A DNA stretch of 64,000 nucleotides, taken from assembly GCA_046760785.1 (NCBI GenBank), contig JBHIET010000007.1:736-64735 (forward strand). Direction: 5' to 3'. Source of the DNA: Anaerolineae bacterium. Lineage in GTDB: Bacteria > Chloroflexota > Anaerolineae > B4-G1. Under the pieces are notes generated by a model. That model was not told where the DNA came from, made no database searches, and worked only from the letters and a program-made list of their open reading frames with translations. The translations under genes were made by a program, and so were the position numbers. This document shows positions 47,601 to 54,406 of this stretch, piece by piece. The number at the start of each line of letters is the position of its first letter. Positions within the stretch are counted from its first letter, which is position 1.

Positions 47601-47762
47601 GAGCTCTACCTGGGCCGCGCTGGGGGCAGCTTCGCCCGCTTCCTGCGGCTGGAGAACAGCCTGGCCGATGGGATCTATTACTACACCGACCGGCACCTGG
47701 GAGAAGAGTGGGCAGCGTACAAGGCCGCCAGAAAGGAGAGCGGGGAGCAGACCAATGAGTGA
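44673..47762 (+). CDS. cas10d: Type I-D large subunit Cas10d (Csc3) with an N-terminal HD-like domain
   Basis: 1029 aa. Has H...H(E)xxHK motifs (SHFAHIING, FTVHEVHKD, RIADTF) and the Zn ribbon CSICN...CPVCQ. It lies in an operon with csc2/csc1/cas3'. A GGGAGGAG RBS precedes the ATG at 44673. Confidence 0.8.
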   Translation: MPTVSEIEQVLNEYVEKYIPVMLRQGYHLVLVKGGPDYPHLPEQSHFAHIINGAFGLTQLVKFLIEHNVRVPGLDEETFRKALALFTVHEVHKDAEVELLGDSQFSIPLERLREEYQRLGLDQFAPVDEYLMRAANVHKRSSKHGDLLLSDDPNAAQLWLWVRIADTFASVKTPEEAKASLEGYLADLGPAFAPKSPPGKYTLYYHEIKDVRGVLTNTVHQAVAQQLAGDLGFFPLLYFATGTLYLGPAQLDGDADDAIPAVAEWVLQSLTQGGGGDAIRDGLRRQKFDFERYVYAFATVKDLLQVVHDETLTAKPDARVALKEIDGLVSKRQELSAEWRDTVEERFGIQLLDPKEHKTFNELWSQVRRYLLYVDTLLRDLNPAENRLEWFLRVFAIPQPYADNLRREADIWAKGGIGKYVLVIAYHFLRGPDFADRPAEATPPEQVLERLHRRVLEAFRQVDTQAGRQAAVAELGLRQDLEAYLAEHLYLSFAPASQLAADSLAGYVSPKRKGHTGQVCSICNRRSEYVQSLRAGILDDFGRVFSNRVLPAREAPQGNRLWCPVCQLEFILRKVMGMGLPSTAHYKNSRRIYLYVLPTFSFTLEHLRLFEPLLKPFHRVTGLPVRDYGKGDPGLPRYWLEHRAFDPDWVEDLQEVLEREADKIAGWGGRGFVGERVSLGRITGQPHYYLITWEKAARDTEPDDARIATRTEAWCKALFAAAVISGLTSCKVYVTERPYLPVADPAELRATITLDGPPPALRGLLGGRTDEVTLYGREKGERSGLERVLDLSAALWAVTADVHAPQRNTKDKHISGRLGTLNTSPLAGATFYKEYGRLNEGQSPFPTLTTACEVLLEVQGGELMDLVEKIAQKSLEIALPRGASGRGKARRYELVFREAVSAMRQAQKMIPEMREAAIGGRRPSAQSIAELKRLTAGTLLKGLERRQESRRGEIFVRAWGDQLGRLVGEFVDLLVDELYLGRAGGSFARFLRLENSLADGIYYYTDRHLGEEWAAYKAARKESGEQTNE
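47262..47762 (+). CDS. cas11d: Candidate internally translated small subunit Cas11d (nested in the cas10d frame)
   Basis: A near-perfect internal SD, AAGGAGGTGA (47249-47258), lies just upstream of the in-frame ATG at 47262. The 166-aa helical product starts MDLVEKIAQKSLEIAL... Confidence 0.45.
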   Translation: MDLVEKIAQKSLEIALPRGASGRGKARRYELVFREAVSAMRQAQKMIPEMREAAIGGRRPSAQSIAELKRLTAGTLLKGLERRQESRRGEIFVRAWGDQLGRLVGEFVDLLVDELYLGRAGGSFARFLRLENSLADGIYYYTDRHLGEEWAAYKAARKESGEQTNE

Positions 47763-49968
47763 ATTCGACTTTGGACCAATCTCACGCACGGTGGACGCCT
47801 CAACCGGTCGAGGCGATGCCATCAACTTTGCCTCACTGCCGGTCCACGAAGCGCTGACGGCCCTGCTGGCGAGCAACAAGGCGAGCAACAACCGGGATGA
47901 ATTTGTCGCCTGGCTGTGGCACGACCTGTTCAAGCCGTTGTTCTGGTGGCAATGGAATGCACGTAAGAGAAAATTTGATTGGATCCACTATCCCAACAAT
48001 AGACCAAATGATCCACTAAATGTTGAGGCACACTGGTCAAGTGTGACAGGAATTCCATCCGGTCTGGTGGAAACGCATCACCTTCACAGTGGCCGCAAGT
48101 TTAGGTTTGGGGAAACGGAAACGATTAACAACGAGTTCGACCAGGTTGCCATAGGAAAGGATGCCCGTTTTGTCCAACTCTCCTTCCTGGTCGAACCTGC
48201 TACCCATACTGCCCTGCTCCGTGCCGTGATCGCCGACGCCTTTATGGAAGTCGTGACGAAAGCGGTTGCTGCATCCATCGGAACGGAACTGGCAACCAAG
48301 TCGCCTACCTTCAAACGAGTCCGCTATGTTTTTGATTTCGATCAGGTCGCGCTGTCTAGCCCGCCCACCAGTTCAGAGATTGCGTCTCTGGCGAACCAAT
48401 ACACTTTGGACGTCACTTCTGATGAACTGATCATCAAGCACTTGGTGCCCCTTGCCAAACCGGACCTGGACGGACGTCACGTTGAGGTTGTGCTTGATTT
48501 GACCGCCGAGCCACCGACTGCAGAGCGGTTTGGCCAGGGCATAATCTCGTTGGTGGAGTTGTTGACCGTTTACCAAGACAGTCGTACCATCCTAATGGGT
48601 ATCCCTCAGTTTCTGACGGTGGATGTTGGGCAACTGACGCAACAGGTGCAGAGTGCAACAGAGCAGCGGCTACAGGGCCTGGATATTCGGACAATGGCAA
48701 ACACGGTTGAGCTCAAGCGGCAGGGCACAACACAAGGTCGTGTGAACTGGGATGCTCTGCCACTGAACAAGCAAGGTCAGGAGGTTGATTTGCTGGCACA
48801 CGTGTTTGCCGAGCAGGTGGAAATCCGCCTGATCGACCGAGGCCGATTGCTCCAAAAGGTCAAAGCCTCCAAAGGGAAATCCTTCGAGGTTCGTTTCCTC
48901 AGCGAGATCGTGTCGCATCCCATTGCATTGCTTGCTGGCAAACCTCGTCACTGCCGTTTCTGCAACTCGGCGTTCGAGAGCAATCTTCCCCCAGCCGACG
49001 CAAAAGTAGGAGGCTATTTCACCGATATTGAGCACGTTGGCTTTGGCGGCGACATTTGCCCGATGTGCCGTGTTTATATACTCAACTCCCACAAGTCCCA
49101 TACCGAGGCCGAAAGAGCGCAAGGCATTACAGGGGACCGGAAGGGATATCGTGGGGCTTTTGCCATCGCTTCTCCTTCCTCCCATTTCACCTATGATGGG
49201 GAACAGTGTCAGCTCATCGAGCAACCTCCACTGGATATCGGCGGCCGCTTCGCTGCACCCTTGCAACGGGCCACAGTCACCCTGCAGGAATATGCCCTGT
49301 TCAATATGCTTTCTCGTCGGCTCATCGCCCAGATTTGGACCCGGCTGGATGCTGCTAACGAGATGCAACCACTGCCCCTGCCATATGTGGGGGCCATTCT
49401 GTTAACCCAAAACAAAGCGGCTCAAATTCGGACACTGTTCGACTGTCTGGAGGTGCTCTTTGACAAAGTGGAACTTGTGGCATATCCGTTCAAGGTAACC
49501 GTACAGCCGGCTGCAGAACTGGCTTTCGAGATGGCGGTGAACGACCTGAAACAGCATCACACCAAACATACCTATCTGAAGACCAGCCCCATCATTGTCC
49601 CTGTACATCCAGACAGCAAGTTCACCCTCCTGGTGGACAACGGACTTCAGTTGGAGGTGAACTGCAAGTTCTTTGAGGATCGAAGGCGAGTGAACGAGCT
49701 TTTGGAGGACATCAAAGGTCAGAAGCGACAACACAATTGGCTTCTGGCCGTGCTTCAAGGCATAGACCCGGTGACAGCAACGGCGGAAACTTTCTATGAT
49801 TATGACGTGCCACTCCGGCAGGCCGAAGAGGCGTTTTGGAATACACGCTTGAATGCCGAGTCTCTTGCCCAGCAATGGCAACGATATGAAAAAGTGTGCG
49901 ACGAGGTTGGCCGCATTGTGGCCAGGTATCCGATGTTGATTGAGTTCTTTGCCAAACCAGGGAGGTAA
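47755..49968 (+). CDS. Second large-subunit-like protein: N-terminal HD motif + Zn ribbon (Cas10d-like / type IV-C Csf1-like)
   Basis: 737 aa. The ATG overlaps the cas10d stop (ATGAGTGA). Contains PVHEAL...AWLWHDLFKP (H...HD..K) and CRFCN-x41-CPMCR, which parallels CSICN-x44-CPVCQ of Cas10d. GC is lower than in the flanking genes. Confidence 0.6.
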   Translation: MSEFDFGPISRTVDASTGRGDAINFASLPVHEALTALLASNKASNNRDEFVAWLWHDLFKPLFWWQWNARKRKFDWIHYPNNRPNDPLNVEAHWSSVTGIPSGLVETHHLHSGRKFRFGETETINNEFDQVAIGKDARFVQLSFLVEPATHTALLRAVIADAFMEVVTKAVAASIGTELATKSPTFKRVRYVFDFDQVALSSPPTSSEIASLANQYTLDVTSDELIIKHLVPLAKPDLDGRHVEVVLDLTAEPPTAERFGQGIISLVELLTVYQDSRTILMGIPQFLTVDVGQLTQQVQSATEQRLQGLDIRTMANTVELKRQGTTQGRVNWDALPLNKQGQEVDLLAHVFAEQVEIRLIDRGRLLQKVKASKGKSFEVRFLSEIVSHPIALLAGKPRHCRFCNSAFESNLPPADAKVGGYFTDIEHVGFGGDICPMCRVYILNSHKSHTEAERAQGITGDRKGYRGAFAIASPSSHFTYDGEQCQLIEQPPLDIGGRFAAPLQRATVTLQEYALFNMLSRRLIAQIWTRLDAANEMQPLPLPYVGAILLTQNKAAQIRTLFDCLEVLFDKVELVAYPFKVTVQPAAELAFEMAVNDLKQHHTKHTYLKTSPIIVPVHPDSKFTLLVDNGLQLEVNCKFFEDRRRVNELLEDIKGQKRQHNWLLAVLQGIDPVTATAETFYDYDVPLRQAEEAFWNTRLNAESLAQQWQRYEKVCDEVGRIVARYPMLIEFFAKPGR

Positions 49969-49972
49969 TTCA

Positions 49973-50452
49973 ATGGCTGAAAATCAGAAATCATCGCGGG
50001 AACAGCGTCTGCGCCGGGCTTACGAAGCCATCGAGCAGATGCAGTTGGGCGAGCGCGAAGCGGAAGTCAAACTGGCGCTCAAGGCGTTGCTGATAGCGCG
50101 AGGGTGCATTCGTCTGCCTGAGACACCGCAAGCCCGCCGCAAGACACTTCAGCGGCTCTATCCGGCACTCGTCAAGTATTCGAGAGCCTCGGAAGCGGAA
50201 ACACTGGGTGCTCTGGTAAACGACGTGATCGGTGCTCTGTCGCCCGATTGGGATTTCTCCCCCCATCGCGCTCTCGGAGACCCTGTGGAAGACATCTACC
50301 AGGAGAGCGAAACGGCCAAACGGGCCAGAGAGCTCCTTAAGGAAGAGACCGTCCCTCTGGTCATCTTGATGAAAAAGATCTACCAAAGCTTCATCGAACC
50401 CGAAGAAGCGACTGAGGAAGAACAGGCAGAAGAGGAGGCCAGCCATGCATAA
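49973..50452 (+). CDS. Small all-helical protein, Cas11-like small subunit candidate
   Basis: 159 aa, preceded by a GGGAGG RBS. It is predicted helical by composition, with an acidic tail. Its position between the large subunit and a Cas7-like gene supports the call. Confidence 0.5.
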   Translation: MAENQKSSREQRLRRAYEAIEQMQLGEREAEVKLALKALLIARGCIRLPETPQARRKTLQRLYPALVKYSRASEAETLGALVNDVIGALSPDWDFSPHRALGDPVEDIYQESETAKRARELLKEETVPLVILMKKIYQSFIEPEEATEEEQAEEEASHA

Positions 50453-51437
50453 CCTGAAACTGTACGCCTTGTATCAGGCCAAGCAACCCATCATTCACAC
50501 TGAGGAGACCATCGGCAACATCTCCAAGATCAAAAAGATGCGCGTCATTCACGATGGCAAGCCTGTACCGGTGCCGACCCTCTCCGGCAACAGCTTCCGC
50601 GGCCAGTTCCGCGACATCCTGGCGGACCAGATGTTCGCCATTCTGACCAACGGTGGTGCCAGCCGTGTCAAACTCCCCCCTGACCATTACGGCGTTATCT
50701 ACAGCGGCGGCGTGATGAAGGAGGGCTCCAAGATGGGGGAGCAGATGAAGGCGATGGCTGACGCCATTCCTATGCTGCGACTGATGGGCTCGGCCTTTGG
50801 CAACGTGATGCTTCCATCAAAGTTGGCCGTGACCCACATCATTCCCTACGCGGTGGAAACGCAAGCCGTTGTCCAATCTACGGTGAATGCGCTGCCGGAC
50901 GAAGGGCGTGCCTTGTTGCCGGCGGAGCCACCCAGTCGCGGTGATTTGCTGTTCAACGATGGCCCACTGACCCGCAAGGATGACACCAAAGACCTGACCA
51001 AACAGCGCTACGCCGAGACAGAAGCAGACCTGGGCCAGGACGAAGAACGCACCCGCCGCCAGATGATCTACTACGTCGAGTGTATTCCTGCCGGAACGTT
51101 CCTGCTCCAGGAGATGTACAGCAAATATCCCCTGGACGATCTGGAACTGGGCTGCTTCTTCGATGGCCTGCTCACTTTTCTCCAGGAACCCAGCCTGGGT
51201 GGACGCAGCGCAGCAGGTTATGGGCAGGTACTGGCAAGGTACTGGGTACAATTGGAAGGCAAAGACCCGTTCGAGTTGACATCGGAGCAGGCGATCACAC
51301 TTCCCCAGCCGGTGCAGGATGCTATTGAGCAATACCGAAAGTGCGTGGAGAAACAGCAACAAGCTTTTCTCGGCGCGTTGAAAGCCAAAACCATTTCTGA
51401 GGAGGCGCAAGATGACGCCCCCGACTCCACGGAGTAG
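50445..51437 (+). CDS. RAMP protein, Cas7-like (Csf2/Csm3-like backbone subunit candidate)
   Basis: 330 aa. Contains TLSGNSFRGQFRD (compare the RAMP motif SGxSxRGxxR), LMGSAFGN, and the G-rich loop SLGGRSAAGYGQV. There is an 8-nt overlap with the previous gene. Confidence 0.65.
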   Translation: MHNLKLYALYQAKQPIIHTEETIGNISKIKKMRVIHDGKPVPVPTLSGNSFRGQFRDILADQMFAILTNGGASRVKLPPDHYGVIYSGGVMKEGSKMGEQMKAMADAIPMLRLMGSAFGNVMLPSKLAVTHIIPYAVETQAVVQSTVNALPDEGRALLPAEPPSRGDLLFNDGPLTRKDDTKDLTKQRYAETEADLGQDEERTRRQMIYYVECIPAGTFLLQEMYSKYPLDDLELGCFFDGLLTFLQEPSLGGRSAAGYGQVLARYWVQLEGKDPFELTSEQAITLPQPVQDAIEQYRKCVEKQQQAFLGALKAKTISEEAQDDAPDSTE

Positions 51438-52506
51438 GAGTAAAAGAGCTTTTCCTCTGAACGAGGAAGCCTGGCAACTGCTCAATGATACTGCCAGGGC
51501 AGTATCTTACGACCTGAGCGACGATACCGTCTACGAGCTGCGTCTGCGCCTGCAAACGCCCGGCATCTTTGCCCTGTACAAGGCCGACATCCCGGCTCCG
51601 GGACTGCCCATGCTGGATGGCTTCTTAAAGTTCGTGGCCTTTCAACAAGCGATGGACCAGGTAATGCGGAAAAGGCCAGACTTGACCAATGACTTGCTGT
51701 GGCAATGGAACCTGGCGCTTCGTGACACCCGGTACTGGATAGACTTTTGTATCCCCATTCGCCAAGAGACACTCAATAGCGGCATTGTGCTCTATGACTG
51801 TTCGGTCGGTTTGCCGGTGACTCCAGAAGATGACGTTCTCTATCCGACGGGCGCCTTTTTTGCCTGCGGGGGTAACCTGACCACCTACCCATCTGAAGAA
51901 AAAGGGCCGGCCGACCAGATTGCCTTGCGTCGCCGCTCTGTAGAACCAGTTTATCGACCCTTTGAATTGACCGGTAAATTGAACCCCCAGAGTGGTTCCA
52001 GAAAGGCGTTGGACAACCGTATCTATTACGCTCTCACCCAGGAATACACCTTCTACTTCCGAGGGGACAAAGATGGCGTCAGGCAATTATTGCACTTTGC
52101 TCTTCAGCAAGGGGTCGGCATCGGGAAAAAGACTTCGTTGGGGTATGGGCGCATTGCCCAGCTTGAGATTCAACCTGCCAACCAGTGCGTTACTCTCGGA
52201 CACGACATCGGTTTGCCTGGTGTGCCCCGGATAGCCTTGCTCAAGAACGTTCCTTATCAGGAACTCCAACGCCGAAGCATCCGGCAGAGTGGTGAGTTTG
52301 GGCTTGTTCAGGTAAAAGAAGGGAATCAGTGGAAGGACATCCTTACGCAGAATGAACGGGACCAAAACGAGAGGTTGTTCGGTGCCCGCGAGTTCAGCCT
52401 GGCCTCGCCCATCGAGACCTTTGATTGTTACTATCCGCCCTATTGGCGACGTGAAGGTCGCACGCAGGTGCTGAGATACGGCACTCTGCTCATACCACGC
52501 TCGTAA
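51412..52506 (+). CDS. RAMP protein, Cas5-like (Csf3-like candidate)
   Basis: 364 aa. Contains PMLDGFLKFVAF near the N-terminus and the G-rich loop GVGIGKKTSLGYGRI. A GAGGAGG RBS lies inside the upstream gene. Confidence 0.55.
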   Translation: MTPPTPRSRSKRAFPLNEEAWQLLNDTARAVSYDLSDDTVYELRLRLQTPGIFALYKADIPAPGLPMLDGFLKFVAFQQAMDQVMRKRPDLTNDLLWQWNLALRDTRYWIDFCIPIRQETLNSGIVLYDCSVGLPVTPEDDVLYPTGAFFACGGNLTTYPSEEKGPADQIALRRRSVEPVYRPFELTGKLNPQSGSRKALDNRIYYALTQEYTFYFRGDKDGVRQLLHFALQQGVGIGKKTSLGYGRIAQLEIQPANQCVTLGHDIGLPGVPRIALLKNVPYQELQRRSIRQSGEFGLVQVKEGNQWKDILTQNERDQNERLFGAREFSLASPIETFDCYYPPYWRREGRTQVLRYGTLLIPRS

Positions 52507-52520
52507 AGAAGGAGGTAAAA

Positions 52521-53525
52521 ATGACTCTGAAGACTTTACAACCCTACGCCAGCTATTTCGTTCCCGAGATCCCGCGCACACCCACCAATCGCTACGCCAG
52601 CATCATCCTGCTGCGGGAGACCAAGTCCTACGCCATCTTCACCACCGAGGGCGGCGAGCAGCAGGACGTGGAAGAGACCCCCGCCGGCCCGGCCCACACC
52701 GAGCCGACCACCCGCCTGGTGATGTTCAAGCGCAAGCAGGTGGCCCCGGAGCGACGCACCGGCAAGGCATTGCTGCGGCAATACGGTGTCTTTCCCTATG
52801 CCATCCAGGACGGACGGGTGGTCTATGGCGAAGAGGCGCTTCAGGCAAGGAAGCACTACGAGGACTGCTACCTCACCGAGGGTCTCTGCACCCACTGCCC
52901 CGACTGCCTGATCTACGGCTACGCCGCCATCGAGGCCGAAGGCGCCCGCAAAGCTCGCTTGATGACCGACACCTGCTTCACCGTCCGCCCCTACGAGATC
53001 ATCCAGAAGCAGGTCAAGTTCAACGTCATTGACGAGGCCCGGCACACCTCCGGCACCATCACCGAGTACGACTACACCACGCCGGGCGTCTTTCTCCCCG
53101 CCGTGGAGACGACGGTGGACCTGACTGCCGACGAGTTCGCCTACGTGCTGGGCAACGTCCTGCGCACCACCCGCTACGGCAAGGAGAGCACCCGCCAGGG
53201 CTTTGTGCGCAACCACATCCTGGCCATCGCCTTCTCCGACGTGGAACTCTTTGCCAACCTGGAGTTCACCCAGGCCCTCTACGACGCCCTGGTTGGCGCC
53301 GGCAAGGACCTGGCCGCCGAGGGCCTCTCGCTGGCCGACTTCCAACAGCACGCCGAGGCCGTCATTCAGCGGTTGACGGAGCAGTTGACCGGGCGGCTCA
53401 CCCTGGTCACCGGAGAGGAACTGGCGGGCATCCTGGAGGACGTGCGCGCCCTGAACCAGGACGAGGAGCGTCTGGCCGGGTTCCTACGAGACCTGAACAC
53501 GGCTTCGGCGTCGTTTGTGGTGTGA
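52521..53525 (+). CDS. csc2: Type I-D Cas7 (Csc2)
   Basis: 334 aa. Contains the LCTHCPDCLIYGYA Cys cluster and a Csc2-like body (FNVIDEARHTSGTITEYD, TRYGKESTRQGFVRN). AAGGAGG RBS. Confidence 0.8.
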   Translation: MTLKTLQPYASYFVPEIPRTPTNRYASIILLRETKSYAIFTTEGGEQQDVEETPAGPAHTEPTTRLVMFKRKQVAPERRTGKALLRQYGVFPYAIQDGRVVYGEEALQARKHYEDCYLTEGLCTHCPDCLIYGYAAIEAEGARKARLMTDTCFTVRPYEIIQKQVKFNVIDEARHTSGTITEYDYTTPGVFLPAVETTVDLTADEFAYVLGNVLRTTRYGKESTRQGFVRNHILAIAFSDVELFANLEFTQALYDALVGAGKDLAAEGLSLADFQQHAEAVIQRLTEQLTGRLTLVTGEELAGILEDVRALNQDEERLAGFLRDLNTASASFVV

Positions 53526-53659
53526 GGTCGCACGGCGGTTGAAACCGCATGCTGCGGGGTGCGAAACCGCCTGCGGCGGTTGGGGGGGCTGCGCCGGCAG
53601 GCTTCGCCGCCCCCAGCCCGCGAATTCATTCGCCGGGCAGAAAGAGAAGGAGCATCAGT

Positions 53660-54406
53660 ATGCACATCTACCGCATCGCCATCGAGCTGCTCGACTACAT
53701 CTTTTATGCCACCACCGAACGGGGCAAGGTCTACGAGACAGGGGCCTTCATCCACAACTATGCCCTGGCCTACGCCCTGGGCCTGGGGCGGGGAGAGACC
53801 TACACCTACGCCAACCTGAAACAGAAACCGCACTACCTGGAGGAATTGACGCCGCTGAACGGTCGCCTCTACCTCACCCCCGCTGCGCCCCGGCAAGTGG
53901 CCCACCGTCTGGTGCAGTGGAACACCATCCGCGAGGGGTATGCCTTTCCGGGCAAGGAACCGTCGGTGGGCTACCCCGACTGGGGCTTTGCCCGCATGCT
54001 GCGGCCTGGCTCTCGTTTTCTGTTCTACCTGCTTGCGCCCGACCCTGCCGCCTTGCCCGATGCACCTGCGCTCCGTGATCTGACAGCCGGACGGCCGATA
54101 CGGATACGGCTGGGCAAGTTCCCCGGCAAGGCCCGCTTGCAGGCGCAGCAGGCGGACAGGGTAGTGACGCGAGAGGGGCCTTTCCAGACGACGGCCATGC
54201 TCAACTGGCGCGACCTGGAGACCGACCCCCAGGTGTGCGACGTGGTCGCCGCCAGCCTGCCCACCCGCCTGCTCAGTCGCGCCCACTTTGCGGAAGGACC
54301 GTCCTACGAGGCTCATTTTGGCGATGACCGGGTTCGGCTACCAGTGCGGATGCGCTTCCTGGCCCGGCCGCCGGAAACACGTCGTCGCGCAAGGAGTCGC
54401 CGATGA
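53660..54406 (+). CDS. csc1: Type I-D Cas5 (Csc1)
   Basis: 248 aa, starting MHIYRIAIELLDYIFYATTERGKVYETGAFIHNYALAYALGL (Csc1 signature as I recall it). AGAAGGAG RBS. Confidence 0.75.
   Translation: MHIYRIAIELLDYIFYATTERGKVYETGAFIHNYALAYALGLGRGETYTYANLKQKPHYLEELTPLNGRLYLTPAAPRQVAHRLVQWNTIREGYAFPGKEPSVGYPDWGFARMLRPGSRFLFYLLAPDPAALPDAPALRDLTAGRPIRIRLGKFPGKARLQAQQADRVVTREGPFQTTAMLNWRDLETDPQVCDVVAASLPTRLLSRAHFAEGPSYEAHFGDDRVRLPVRMRFLARPPETRRRARSRR

Noticed and set aside
45150-47933. 927-aa ORF antisense to cas10d. Similar long antisense ORFs occur at 20139-22043, 22965-24197, 7904-8836, 9010-9810, 53366-54316, 55621-56475, and 156-1334 on the plus strand.
   Set aside because: Their products are Arg/Gly/Ala/Pro-rich and low in complexity, with no recognisable motifs or RBS. 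Each lies opposite a gene with clear family signatures. These are typical stop-codon-poor shadow ORFs of high-GC DNA.
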